From assembly GCA_043228905.1 (NCBI GenBank), contig JBHGNT010000007.1, positions 16,120,001-16,184,000 on the forward strand: a DNA stretch of 64,000 nucleotides, given 5' to 3'. The position numbers and the translations under genes are program-made. This document shows, in pieces, positions 12,755 to 27,154 of this stretch (positions are counted from its first letter, which is position 1; every line of letters begins with the position of its first letter). Origin of the DNA: Azolla caroliniana (Eukaryota; Plantae; Polypodiophyta). The notes below the pieces were generated by a model that saw only the letters and a program-made list of their open reading frames with translations, was not told where the DNA came from and ran no database searches.

Positions 12755-15700
12755 AGTCATGACACAAGGATATAAAAATAATGTTAATAATAAACAATAT
12801 AGACCTCTTAACTAAGGTAAAAATTAGCGAAAATCATACGTTTTTGTATAGAATGTTACATAAAAAACTTGAATAAATAGACCAAAAAACAACAAAAAAT
12901 TTGACCAAATCTGATCTATTGATCATGAAAAGCCCATTTTTCAACGGGAACTCGATGTAGTGCATCGAGTTCAACGTGTGTCGAGTTCTCGTTGAGAGGG
13001 AACCACCTCGATTATGGAAGCAATAGTTGAATAAAACAAAAAAGAATCTTTAAGGAATCTTTTTGGAATCTAAAATATTGGGTTGGAAAACATACCTGGC
13101 AATTTTCTTTCCTTTGTTTATGTTGATCTCCAAGATGTTGAATTGACTGGGGAGGCGAAAACTCAACGATTTTGATTGCTAAGTGCTCTTTGTGCTCCTG
13201 TGCTCTTCTTCTACTTGAAGGTGATAATGAGAAATAGGAGATGAGTTCCCTTTAAATAGAAGAACGTGATAAAAAATATGTTTCTGGACATGGTGCTTAT
13301 TATAGAACCAAGCTTGTGCCTATTTTGGACGTTGTTGTTGTTACTTAGCCTTGAGAGCAGATGTCCTCAAAGTCGAGGGAAAAATCTTTGTTTTCTATTG
13401 AGCCAGTTATATTATCTGATAACTCCTTATTCTCAATCGAGGAATATAGCCATATTAATAATAAAAGGTACCATGTTAAAACCAACGACGATCAAGAGCA
13501 AAGGTCGACGTCAATTTTTTCGATAGAGCCATTAAACTTAGGTAAAGCACGATATATTAAAGTAGATACAACTCATGTCGAGTCTAGTTTATCGAATGCA
13601 GAACGAAGATTGTGTCAATAAGCCTCTGAATTTTCAAAGAGTTCCTCAACAAGTGAGTGTTAAACGATATAATTTTTTCTATTCGGATCGACAAATTTCA
13701 ATTGATATATGCAAGGTATGTTGTGGGAGCCTTTGTCTATCAAAATTTGGAAAGGCAAACTTGTGGGGGTTGCGACAAAAGTATTTGTCTCTCAATGGCG
13801 ACGAACAAGATACATTAAATTTTAAAATTTCTTATAGCATCAGGAACATGAGGCTACAGAGAATTCAACATCGATTACTGAAGGGCTGGTGGGTGCCTTT
13901 CAACAATACATAATTTTCATGGAAGGGCCTGATTGGGTGACATGTTGTTAGATGGTTGGAGATTTATTTCTCGAAGCAATGTGATGTTATGACCACCATT
14001 GGAAGGTTACATTTGTCAGATAACTTTACTCATCATGAGGTATACCAAGCCTATAAAGATGACATGTTATTGGAAAGTGTACCTTATATACAATATCGGC
14101 ATTTTAATCGTTTATGGCAATCAAAGTTTAACAATGTAGTCATACCCCACAAGGTCCGGATGGGTGTTTGTTCGATCCGCACGAGTATAAAAAGCTTGGC
14201 AAAGAGTGGGACAACAGATGAAGAAATAACAAAATATAAGACTTTATTGAGAGAGCATCGACAAAGCCAAGCGTTGGAAAGATCTAAATCTATGCACCAT
14301 TGTCAAAAAAGGCTTCAATTGCCAGAAAGATACATGTGCTTGATTATAGATGGGATGGATCAAAAGAAAACTTGTTTGCCACATTTTCGAAGGTTGCCCA
14401 AGGATATTGGAGATGAATGCCTAGTGCAAATGCACTTAGTAGGATGTCCTTTGTATTGTCAGGTAATAAGGCCTCAAGTGTTCTTAACTTATCCAAATAT
14501 CCACAACGATCCCAATCTTACAATTACAGTTATGCAAAGAGTTCAACAGAGTTGGCAAGGTTTACTCCCACCAGTACTATACGTGCAAATTGACAACACG
14601 ATGAGAGAAAACAAGAACTCAACTATGTTTGGTTACCTGAGCATGTTAGTAGACAAGGGTATTTTCAAAAAGATTAAGGTCAACTTCTTGCTAGTTGGTC
14701 ATACACATGATCACATTGATCAAGTGTTAAGTTCTCCAAGAAATTAGCCAGGTGCGATGCTTTCGCACTTCATGTGCTATCAAGGTTGATCCCTGAAGCT
14801 TATACCCCAAAGCCAGATGTGCAACATTTAGATGAAGTATATGATTTCAAGTGCTTTTGTTTGGATGATGATGAGACTGGATGTAGGGTTCTTGCTCCGC
14901 TTAATAATATAAGTTTTAACCACGTCTTCCTCATCCAAAAAAGTGTGGTCGGTCACAACCAAACCATGTTGTATGCCAAACAATACTCATCTAGTTGGCA
15001 ATCGGAGCCACAAGACGGATGTAGGCTCTTATTGCATTTCCCAAATGCAATAATCTGTGGTGCTGAGCAAATGCCCTATGACGACCATAAAAGATTGGTT
15101 GTTGGTAGTTCAATTGAAGAGCAAAAGATCCATTGGATGCGGTACCTTGAGGAAAAACGAAAAAATATTGAGCGAACCAAAAAGTACGTTGGTGATCAGG
15201 ATGTTGATTGGTGGGATGTCTTCTTTAATCATCAACATACAATATTAGATAACCACGTTACAGGGTATTGGCCACTACAAAATCAATTCGAATGGGATCT
15301 TGGTGGCCCATCAATGGCAAGCACGACTCCTTTACAACCACTAGATAATCTTGAATTGAATAATCTAGTTCGTCCACGACAAAGAGATATTTACATGGGA
15401 CCAAGATTATCACATGTTGGAGAGGCGAGGTCGCAAGCCAATCTACATGGGCTACAGGTTGGTATGTTAGTTGCAACATTAGCTAGGGGAGATAAGTTGG
15501 GTCATCCCTTCTGGATTGCCAAAATCATTGAAATTATTAAGGATGATGGAGGCAATAAGGTAAAGTCTATTATGGTTCATTAGTATCATACCTCTTCCAA
15601 ACATGAATTTACTGGGAAGTACTCTTTAGATATGGTTAAGGATGTCAAAGGCACAAGCAGAAAGCGAAGAAGAAAGAATCTACCAAGCATGTCTACTCTA

Positions 15701-16220
15701 GCACTTGATAATGTCGCCATACTCGTGTATGACTTCTCCTTGACCAAAACAAGCCATCTAAGACAGACTACAATCAGGATAATAAAAGAGAAGATACCAG
15801 ATGTGCATGTTGATGCCACAGAGACAAACAAGGAGTATGTCTCATAATCATGGTGACGTTGGATTGCAATTGGATGAAGACAATGCATTGGTTGCTAGTG
15901 ATGATGAGGATGAGCCCTCACAAAGCTCTTCTAGTTCATCGGGTGGGTCTGAAGGGGAAGGCGTATCTCTGGGAAGTGATGGATCTCATATCTGAAATGT
16001 AAATATTGTATGTTACATCGATATGGCGATTCACAAATATGTATAAATATACATGTTAGTCATTTTGTAATTTTGGTACATTCTCTTGTATATTTCACGT
16101 GTCAATTATTAGGGGCATTTTTTGAAAGCCCTAAATTTTTGGACATGGTATAAATCAATATATTTTGATTCAATTTCCAGAACCCTTTACGTATGCGATG
16201 GTCCTTTTTGTGAAATGACC
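12755..16220 (+). mobile_element. DNA transposon with a disrupted Sola-like (DUF7869-type) transposase, coding about 13361-15995
   Basis: Motifs LIIDGMDQKKT, LYVQIDNTMRENKN and FLLVGHTHDHIDQ; frameshifts and stops split the ORF. Ends are tentative (AGTCATGACACAAGGA / TCCTTTTTGTGAAATGACC). Confidence 0.7.
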
Positions 16221-16689
16221 TACTTTGTGCCTTTTTTGGACAGACTGTTCTTAAATTGCGACATATTACCTGTTTCAAATGACCTCAGGGTGTTATCGTA
16301 GTTTTTGAGACAATTAGCATCACAAAGGGCATTGCTAAACATCGGCTACAATATATAGTGCAATTAACCAACAAATTGGTTGAGTAACTAACGTAATTAA
16401 TAGACTTTTCTGCATAGCAACCTAAGGTAACATTGTCACCGTTATGCCTAACATATCATGTTGTATGATTAGTTTAATGCTACAAGTCACGAAGTTGTAT
16501 TTGTATCCTCATTTCTTGTTTTGTAATAGCAAGCAATTTGATACTCTTCAGTATTGTGCATTGTCTATTTTATCTACAATAGTTAGTGATCCAATTGTTA
16601 ACATGAACCATGAAAGCTCTAACAACTATATGTATGACAACTAGTATATATGTTTTGAGTACAACACATTCAGAGGACTAGTATAAAGG

Positions 16690-17025
16690 AGTATCATATA
16701 CTCTATATATGGCTCAGATGTATATATATGTTTTAATTCCAAACACATGTATACATCAAGATGTGAGCCATTATTCTATTTCAAGAACAACAAATTCTAT
16801 GAAACGTAGGAGCGCCCCGCAACAAGAGCCTACATTTATGATGACTAAAGGCTAAAACTTATGAAGTGATAATGAAACATGACACTCACTTCGGAAGATT
16901 TGGATGTGTTGAGACTAAAGAATGTGTGTCTCTTGCAATGCCTTTGTGACGACTTTCTGATCTCGACACGATAACTTTGATGGAATAACCAGAGTGATTC
17001 TTGACAAGGCCATCGGCAACGTCTT
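16690..17025 (-). pseudogene. Degenerate duplicate of the FRO last exon and 3' UTR
   Basis: Colinear with 17270-17668; encodes a decayed ...FHYHFISFSL*. Confidence 0.85.
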
Positions 17026-17480
17026 GTTGAACTGTCCTCATTATCGGCACATTACATTGGAATGTTAGATATTGGATCTTGTGGGCATTTGGATTAAACT
17101 TTATGTGCTTGAAAATTTCAGTACAATTAACACAATTATTGAAACAAGCAGTTTTCCTTATTAAAAACCAAACTTTTGGTTTATCGTTTATTATGATGAG
17201 GATGGGAATATGTTTATGTTTTCACAAGAGGTGAGGATTAGTATGCAGTAAGATACAAAAAAATATGAGGTTATATATACTCTGTATATGGCTCACATGT
17301 ATACATGTGCTTTAATCCAACACGTGTGTACATTGTGATGTGGGTCATTATTCTCAGGGAAGAAGAACAAATTGTATAGAAAATAGGAGAGCCCTGCAAC
17401 AAGAGCCTCCATTTATGATGTCTAAAGCTTATGGGTTGATATTAGGATAGCCCTGCAACAAGAGCCTACATTTATAATGG

Positions 17481-20400
17481 CTAAAGGCTAAAGCTTATGG
17501 AGTGATAATGAAACATGGCACTGGCTTTTGAAGATTTAGATGCGTTGAGACTAAAGGAAGTGCGTCTCTTGCACTCCATTGCAATGCCTTCTTGAAGGCT
17601 TTCTGATCCCGACACGAGAACTCCTACGCACTCGCCGGAGTGATCCTTGACAAGGCCATCGAAGACATCTGCGAATCGCATCCCATAAAAAAAATAGATT
17701 AAGTAGGAGAGAAATATAAATGGAGAGAGAGCATAGAAACATTACAATCTCTACAAGAGATTGTTGGCGAACCTCTCCAATTTGGACGGGATCGAATGTG
17801 GACATCACCAACCCACGATGATTCTCCGGCTCCATATGCTTCCTGATCGAAAACGTCCGATTCGAATGCCTCAACTGGCGAGGGAGTCGTGCTATTTGTT
17901 GTCGGTTGCACGGCAGCGAAACTCTTCCTTTTTTGTGTGGATTTGAAAATCCACAAGAGAACCACAAATCCACCAAATATGACAATCCCCAGTATCATGG
18001 AAGCTACCATTACGTGTGTGCGATTGTAATTGGTGAAGGTATGGCGATGGTAAGTCTTGATAATGAAGGTGTTAGCTATGCCTGACAGCAAAAAGTATCC
18101 CAACATAGATGCAATGGTGATGCAGGCCACCCATTTAGTGTTCCCTGTTGTGCTTACGTTGGATATAATCCCTTGTGTTGCTACTACGTTAACGACGAAA
18201 TCCGGTGGACGCAGCACCGACGGTTGTGCTGGAGGATATGCTACCCTAAACTGTGATAGGCTAAAATCTTGAGCTTCGGAATCCAATTCCATATCTTCGC
18301 CACCGCCACCACGTCGATAATCTTTCATGTCCTTTGAGGTTATGTAAACCTGAACTTTGATGCTCAACCCTAATGTGTCATAACCAGGAAGAATTTGGTT
18401 AGGGTATACGCTATCGAGTACATCTAGATCCTCTGGCTTTCTGATACAGTGATATAGTGTAATGGAGGTTGGAAGAGATGTGGATGTTGTATGGATGTCT
18501 TTATATCGATATAAAATGTGGCGAACAATGGCCATGGCAGGAGTGATGCCTATACCCCCAGCCACAAGGACGAGCGATTTATACCTGTAAAAAACAAACA
18601 AATCGTTGTCAACGCACAGAAACAAACAATGCTAAAGCATCAAAAACCATGAATGGACATGATGGAATGACAAATTCTAGGGTTTGTGGCAATGTACTTA
18701 CTTTAGGTAAAATTCAGACTCATCTCCATAAGGGCCTTCCACTCTAGCTTTGAAGGAGAAAGGGCAAGAAGCTGAATCCCCTTTCTTGGCGTCGGAGAAT
18801 TGATCACGCAATGCATTCGTCCATCCGTATGTTGTACTCTAAAATTTATACGTATAGATTGAATAGTCTGAAGGTCTGCTAAGATGTCGCAAGGACTTAT
18901 TAATGACATTTCAAAACTGTGTCCTCGTTTACGTTTAAGCCCCCTTTACATGTAGGGTTTTAGCTAGGTAAATATTTGAATGGATTCGACGGAAATGCGC
19001 GACATGTGTATGTACTCTAGATCAAGGTTTATTTTCTCGTGTATGATTGTTTGTTTACATTAGTGCAATGTTGTGATCGACTTAAGATTAGCTAAGTACC
19101 ATCAATTCTCACATGAATTCGAGCATCTTGCAGCTCACTTGCACCCCACCTTGAACTCAAGGTGTGGTTAATTAAGTTATCTTAACGGTAACACAATTAT
19201 CATCATAGTTGACACTGAATAGTGGCCAGGCATACCAAGTGGTCTCTATCGGTGTAGCTGTATGCGACAATGTAGCCGACGCTATGAATAGTTAGCATGA
19301 GCATGGTCGAACCAGCGAGCCAAATGTGATAGCGCACCGCCTGCTCGAAGGGAATGCCGACCAACCGAAGCAATGGAGAGCCTCTCGACATGGGAATCCA
19401 CAGTAGTGCAAATGGCAACATGGCCATCCTCCCAAAATTGAAAGACACATTAATGACCTTCTGCCAGTACCTGTGTCATATATAACACGGTAAACAAATA
19501 TCGTTCCATCAAAGCTCTAGCTTCTGTTGTTTCCATCATGTATGTATATATATATATATAGGTTAAATTAATGTACGCGAGATGAGAGATGTACTTGACG
19601 GATGGTGTTCGGTCCGATTTCTCGATGTGATGGAAGGAAAGATCTGTGACTCGGCCGAAGTGGTACACCATTACAAAGAGAATGATAAGAATTCCCACTG
19701 CCTCTGCCCCTGTGATGATGCCCAATGGGCTTCTCTCCACCCAAACCAGATACGTGTTCAGCCGCCATCGGGTCCTCCAACCCGCCGATGATCCGTCGCC
19801 ATCGCCCCCACCAACCTTCTGGAGCTCCGCTGCTTTTGCTTTTATGAACGCGCGGAGCTCGATCACCACAAAGCTTAGCATTGTCGCCACGATGAATGGC
19901 AGCGCGTGGAATATCAATGAAGGCCCTAAGAAACACAAATTCGAACATTCCGAGAAGAAGGTTTAGTATAATTAAGAAGAGATTTAATCCACAACTACGA
20001 TTCGGGATCAAATGATATTATAATCTTCATGTGGGGAAAAAAAAACCTTCGCCGCCATCCGTGTTGAAGAAGCGAGAATTCGATATTTTGTCGCCGATCC
20101 AAATGTCGACGTATTTGTGCCTATCTTCGGGATCAGGAGACAAGAGCCACCATCCTATCCAGAATGCGCATGCTGCCATGATCACGGCTTCGAGGCACCC
20201 CTTCGCCACCCTTGCTCGCTTAATCACCCCAATCAGTCTTAACTTCTCGTCCCTAATTGATCCGCCATTACCATCATTCCTCTCATTCTGAGCTATACCT
20301 GCATCAAATTTCCGTTGTAATAAATATATATGGTTACAGTTGCATTAATTGCATTCCAACAAATCAGTAAATGCATTGTCTAATGATTGGTTCTTGGTTG

Positions 20401-20503
20401 CATTATCTCATGAAGTGTCCATAAGTGCTAGATTTGTACTCATGTCTTCTTGCATACCAAATGCCATGGATACTTCGGTAATCCCCTCGTGAATTTCGGC
20501 CAT
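17481..20503 (-). CDS. FRO: Ferric reductase oxidase-like gene, internally deleted and possibly a pseudogene; predicted exons 20503-20458, 20298-20047, 19925-19595, 19470-19236, 18838-18702, 18584-17773, 17668-17481
   Basis: GT/AG junctions are phase-compatible. Motifs PMSRGSPLLRLVGIPFEQAVRYHIWL, VEGPYG, LVLVAGGIGITP, SRPNW, VGVLVSG and YHSISFSL*. The second heme-His helix and the WHPF FAD motif are absent. Confidence 0.85.
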
Positions 20504-21390
20504 CGGTACGGTATGCCACAACACGATTATTCGATTAAATGGAATGAGACGTATTTGTGCACCAAGGGATGAAAACTTTAGTAGGGGGTGGACTTTCTTA
20601 TATACCCAATAGGAAGGCTAGAAACAACAAATAAGTGATGTTGGTTTTTTTAAGTCAATGGTTAGGGTATGTGCCTACCACATGCCCACTAGTAGGCCCT
20701 TGTGTATTGCCGGCACAACCATACCACACACATTTGCATGCACAACACACACGAACATCATAGGCATGCACAACACACACAAACATTTGCTTTTATGTGT
20801 ATAATTTGCACACTCCATATTAGTCGCCGAGAGTGTAAGGGACCAACCCCATTCTAATGATTTGGTATATATTAGAAGCATAAAGCAAGAACTCTTTCCA
20901 TCTTCAATGATTGTCTGAAAAAATGACCGAGTGCCATCTGTTGCTTTCATTCGGTTGATAATTGGTGTTATAGGGGCATCAAAATCTAGAATGTGATGTA
21001 ATACAAATAACACAATTTTGTGGTCGTAAAAATTCAATACAAGTGGGTTGTTATAGTTATCTGAAAATAATCGAGAAATTTGATTTAAATCAGCACGTGT
21101 AGGTTGAATTTTAGTTCTTCCATCCAACTTGGCCCTTAAAAGAGTTGAGAAATCAAGTCTAGACTAAGAAAACGTGTTGGGTAATTTTAGTATTGTTACA
21201 AAACTTACAATGAACAACCTTTTATGTATTCACACTTGTCATTTTGACATGCGAGTTTTAAATCTCTATTTTTTTTCCAATAATATTTCATACTACTAAC
21301 GGGAAACCTTGAGATCATGAGGTCAAAACTCACAAGCGGATTGTACATGTTGTTATGACACTTAATCTTCTTCAGAAATTTATGCAAACT

Positions 21391-22012
21391 AGTAAAGCTC
21401 AACTAAATGACGCCTTAATGTCAAATTCATAGTTTCTCACTAGACATTTCTTGGAAGAAGGGGTAGGAGCCGAGTAGTCGGACTTGGCCGAATCAATCGG
21501 GTAGCAGCAGCCAGGTGCGACTACAGAAATACCTCCGACAATGGCCAGAGAAGAGCCGCCAGCCAGAGATGAACGAACAAAGGAAGCCCGGTACTAACTG
21601 ACAACACCGCCATTGGGAACAACAAAACGGCTCAGCAGGAGCCGAACATTTTGCACATTTTTGACGACGCGTAGCCGGCAATTTTTTGTGGATTCGACCA
21701 TGCAAGGAACTGCCCCACATGCGTGCCATGTATTGGCTAGTCAAGTCAGCCAAGGTATGAAAGGGCTATTGGGACAAGTGTGGGTTGAAGCCAAGACAGG
21801 TGGGGCTGGACATCAAGCTAAGACGAAAGGAGAAAATGTAACGTATCTATAATAATTAGAGGAAGTAGTAGTAGTGGTTTACGTTCTCGACGTAACAAGC
21901 CATGCTCCCTATAAAAACGGACATGAAGCCTTGTACAAAGTTTATTGGTTGTATTGAGTTAGTTGCCTAATAGTAACTCTATTTGCTTATACTTTGTATC
22001 TGTGTCCTAACA
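21391..22012 (+). mobile_element. Probable solo LTR upstream of FRO
   Basis: AAACT direct repeats at 21386-21390 and 22013-22017; ends ...CCTAACA; TATA-like CCTATAAAA near 21908. The 5' end reads AG instead of TG. Confidence 0.5.
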
Positions 22013-22327
22013 AAACTGAAATAAACCTCATTTACCCCGACTCTACTTATCCCAACTAAGTCTTTTAAACTACCATGTTTTTTTATCATTGAGGGTGAAA
22101 AAGCAACAATTATACCATGTTTGTTGTAGTAGAGTTATGGAGTACAAATGTTGTCTAATAGAATATTATGAGACCTAAAAACTGAACATCAACATTGTCT
22201 TGTTGCATATGGTATATGATGTGACACAAACCAAGTACATTCTCCGTTATTTATCGTTATTATGATTTCAATTTATACGAATAATTGAAAACAATAAAAA
22301 GTGAACGATGGGTTTCGAACCCCATAC

Positions 22328-22332
<5 letters not shown>

Positions 22333-22371
<39 letters not shown>
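22333..22371. repeat. (AT)n microsatellite
   Basis: Seen directly. Confidence 0.95.
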
Positions 22372-22374
<3 letters not shown>

Positions 22375-23326
22375 AATGCTAGTTTAATAGATTAAAGTGT
22401 ATGGTTATTAAGTTAAAGGTTGTACATTCAAAGCTTATTCCGTTATTGTAGATTTGACAAGTGTCATGCTCGTTAAAGGCCATTTTGCCCGTCAACAACA
22501 TACATGTACCCAATAAAAATGTTTGTCAAGTGACATATAAAGTTTAAATTGCCATTTTAATATGAAAGGCCCATAAAAATTATACACATAAAATGATATT
22601 CTAAAATTTTATTCTTCCATATCATATATATTATATATATGCCACATATACTATTATCAAGTGTGTGTATAATTATATATTATATGTTTTTGTACAACAT
22701 GCTTAAAATAATATCATGTAATGATGCGATATGTTATCAAACCTTTATTCTTTACCAATAATATTAGTTAAATTTTGATTTTAAAATTTACACTAACTTT
22801 TATTAAATATTTTAAGAGCCTAAAGTCTGGACTCTAGGTTTGATTCTAATGTTTTCAGCTTGAATTTAAAACCAAAATTTACTAACCAAAATTCTTTTAT
22901 TAACCTATTTTTTTCATAATTTGCAAGAATGGATTATGATAATCGATCCATATCTTGTTTGTGCTTCGGGGGCTTTAAAAACATTAACACGATATTTATT
23001 TTATGTATTTTATTATCTTTGTGAAGTAGTTGTATTGATTTTTGTATCTTTGCGTACTTTTTATAGTAATCAAACGTATACAACAATGTAGCATTATATA
23101 GAGGTTTTCATTTATATGTCAAATGACATGTTAGTTTTTGTTTTAAATATATGTCATAGGACATAACATCTTTAAAAATGCTTGTCAAAAAACTTTTTAT
23201 ACCAACCCGTCAAATTTGGGCCCTTTAATATATACTAATCTAGAAATAATAACCCTTTAATCATAAGAAAGAGATAGTTAGGCTAATTTGTGAAGAGTAT
23301 TTTGTTAAGTGTAGAGTGGGAGAACT

Positions 23327-23824
23327 TAACAATCGGCAACGGTTCGGTTTGAACCGAACCGAACCGCGAAACTGCAGTTTAATGGCTTAACGGTTTCAAC
23401 TGTTCGGTTCGGTTCAGGTTTAGGTTTTTATTAATGTTTCGGTTCGGTTTCAACAGTCAAAAACCACGGTTTAAACGGTTTAATGGTTTTTTATTTTTTA
23501 TTTTTTAAAAATTTACAAAATTCTAAAATATTTTAAAAATTATTTTTAAACAATCTTTTCATTTTTAGACCTTATTGTCACATTTTAGGAACATCTTAAA
23601 TATTTTAAAATTTTTAAAAAATGAAATTTTATAAATTTTTAAAAATTAAAATTTTGACCTATTTTAAAAATTGAAACCGAACCATGAAACCGCGGTTTTT
23701 ATGGTTTAATGGTTTAATGGTTTAATGGTTTGAAAAATGTTTAGCGTTTCGGTTTGGTTCAGGTTTTAAAAAAAATTAACGGTTTGGACCCTCTCAAACC
23801 GAACCGAACCGTTGTCGATTGTTA
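23327..23824. mobile_element. Non-autonomous hAT-like MITE
   Basis: TIRs TAACAATCGGCAACGGTTCGGTT / AACCGAACCGTTGTCGATTGTTA; AACCG subterminal repeats; 8-bp flanks GGAGAACT/TAAGAACT (6/8). Confidence 0.8.
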
Positions 23825-24620
23825 TAAGAACTCTCAAATTGTATGTAAGAGAAGAGCTAGTTCATTTTTCATATCGATCTTTTACTATGCCTATAGTGGA
23901 TAACTCTTAAATCATATAGAAGAGAATGTTTTGCTCAATTTTTTAGGAGTTTTTTCCTAAGCCTATAGAAATACATATTATAGGCTTAGGAAAAAAAAAC
24001 ATACTGACATATAGGCTTGTGTCTATCTGCTACCAAATCATAAAGAGACTTGGTGAGGGAATAACGACCACGAACTATGCACGATGCTTAGCTAAGGGCA
24101 CATGCAATTTGCACTGTCCAATCTTTATCCAAAAAAAGCACCCATCAAAAAAGCTGAGAGCCTCTATCACCAAGCGTGTGGTTCTGATTGCCTCTATCAC
24201 CAAGAGCCCTACCCTTTGAATACATGAGCCCAACCGTCTCAAGAGAGGCACCTGACAGAGGTAGGTGCCCGACTCAAATTCTGACATAATTTATGTAGTG
24301 TGGCATGAAGAGGTCTCATTTTGCATGAAGTGTATAAAATAAAAGTGAAAATAAACTAAAAAGAAACTGAAATAATAACTAAAAGTTTGAATTGATGTAG
24401 TGTGGCATTAAGAGGTCTAATTTTGCATCTTGGTCAATTTTGGGGTTTTCTACATTTTCTTTTTCTTCGACTTTTTTCTATTTTAGGGTTTCAACTTTAA
24501 GTTGTTTATTTGATCATGAATTCACACATGATAGATCTTTGCATAAGATGGAACCTTCTAGCATGTGATTTAGACAAATTGGAAATTGATTAATTTGTGA
24601 TACCCAAAATAAGTTAACAC

Positions 24621-24760
24621 TTATTCAAGGGGTGTGATACCCATGTTGCTTATCACTCTCTACCTAACCTATATACTAAAGCTTATCATAACAATTATTC
24701 AAGGGTGTGTGATACCCATGTTGCTTATCACTCTCTGCATACCTATATACTAAAGCTTAT
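24621..24760. repeat. ~74-bp tandem duplication
   Basis: TTATTCAAGGG..TGTGATACCCATGTTGCTTATCACTCTC...AAAGCTTAT occurs twice. Confidence 0.85.
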
Positions 24761-27154
24761 TGAGCAGTATATGTGCTATATGGATCAGGCCACATTTCAC
24801 ATACATATCAATCACGATATTGACAATACAATATCGCTTTCTAGTACACCTTTTTCTCAGATTATATAGAACTTCCTAATTTTCATTTCTCTAACAAACA
24901 AGCAATCTACTAAGTAAATGTATACTGTTTTAGTCTCCAACCTTACAAAATGACCTTTCTAGAGACATTTACACATTGTCTTTATCATCTTATGAGACAG
25001 TTACTCAGCATAAGCAAAAGCAACAACTCTTAATGATGTCAATGTTTCATGGATTGGACATTACTGGGCATTTAGATTAGCTTATCCAATATATACAAGC
25101 AAATGATAACTAGCACTATAACGATAATATCATTCCATTTCCTTCCTCCACCGAGAGGGTACACAATGTGTCCTTCAAGCACAATAGCCTTGAGGATATA
25201 ATAACTTTAAGCGTACTCTTGAAACCTCCTTTTGTAGAGGACCATATTTGTTCAGTCCACAATTATACTTCAGAAACATGTCCTCAAGAAATTCAACAAG
25301 TAACATTCTGTAGAATGAATGAACTGGATGCTGATTTAAGCAAGATTTGTTAAATCACACCAAAAATTTTGAAGGTTGAACTCAAAACAATTTGTTTCTT
25401 GCATGTTGATGGAACTATTTTACTTCTAAAATAAATTGGATTTAAAACAGAATGGTTAATGTGAACTTACTGGAATATTAATAGAGCTTATTAAATAAAC
25501 ACTAGAAAGTTTGCAACAAACTCAGAGACATGCAAAGCGCACATTACATAATGAAAAATCAAGTGTTTCCATAGTACACGCATATCTCTTAAAAAACAAC
25601 TTGCTATAATAATGAAACATGTTTCAAATCAAACCATTACACCTGAGGTTCAAATGATGTTTCAAACCAACAATAATTCATTAGCCTAGAGGCACAAATG
25701 ATGGTGCAAGCACCAGATATGGAGAGTATCATCTCTCATAATCATGCATTCTCTTATAGACCATCTTGTTCTAATGAAGGTGCAAGCACCAAATTCACAG
25801 AACCATGTATCCAACCATGATCTTGCCACGACTATTCATCAAAAAGCTCCTCAATCAAAGATCTGGAACAAAGTTTATGGCTGAGGTAAGCAGTTTTCTA
25901 CAATCAAAACAAACATATTCATTCAATGATTTTCCATCAAAAAGCTCCTGCATAAAGACGGAGAGGAACAAGTTATGGCTTAAGATGAGCAATTATCCAT
26001 AAACATATCAAACTCATTTCAACTCAAAATCCAAGAAAACCAGACAAGTTATGGCTTAGGGTTAACGATGATGATGAAACTATCTCATCCACATTCATTT
26101 GAAATGGTGAAATGAAGCTTTTGAGCTGCTCCTCTGACTGCACAATGATATTCTCTTGATCCCACATCCTTGTGTGTTTTAAGTTCTATAATCGCCTTAT
26201 CCCACATACCTCGAAGAGAAACACAACCCTTCTTAAGCAATGTTGTGAAAGAAATACAACCACTTTTAAGTATTGAATCATCTTAAACATAGCATTCTCT
26301 GAGGGAGAAACAAAACCGACCTTTTCAAGCCATCGTTAGCCTAACAATTCTATGGAAGGAAGACAGTGCACGGATTGATGTCCGTGTAGAAGAAGAAGAA
26401 ATGGAGATGAACCCAAGTCTGCTTTTGATTTATATGTGTTCGTCTTTTATTGCCTGTCATTTCCTCAAGATATGAAAGGGGGAATAATTCTCCGTTAACG
26501 TATCTAGGAGACATACTAAATAATTGAGAGATGAGCCATGATAGAGAGAGAGAGAGATCTGACGATGCATTTTTTAAAAACAAAATTAAGTTTCTTGATA
26601 CCAATGGGCCCGGTTCGGTTCGGTTGCTTGGCCTTGAAACCAAACTAAACAAATCCAAACCATTTAATAATCATAAAAACCGAACCAAATTGTTTAAAAT
26701 TTATGTAGCCATTTAAACTAAACCGTTTAAAGACGAACCGTTAAACCAAACTGTTTATGAAAAAATTTAAAACCAAACCAAACCGATTAATCATAAATCA
26801 AACCAAACCATTGTTTATTGATATTAATCATCATATTTATTATAAGTTTGTGTGAAAAAATCATCATAAATTTATTCATCATACTTATTATAAAATTTTG
26901 TGATCATACTATACTTATTATAAAATTTTGTGATCATACTTATTATAAAATTTTGTGATCATACTTATCATACATTTTGTGATCATACTTATCATAAATT
27001 TAGGAATGGGCTATTTGCCCCCCCCCCCCCCCCCAAAACAAAAAAAAAAAGAAAACTTTTTGGCCTCCTAAAAAAGAGAAAAACTTTTTGGCCCCCCTAT
27101 TTTGGCTAAACCCCCCCCCCCCCCCCCCAGGCGTAGTTACTCTTCATTCTTTCT

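Noticed and set aside
20675-21127. 150-aa ORF upstream of FRO
   Set aside because: No recognisable motif; AT-rich and low complexity.
25150-26420. Possible decayed exons
   Set aside because: No consistent frame or recognisable protein could be assembled.
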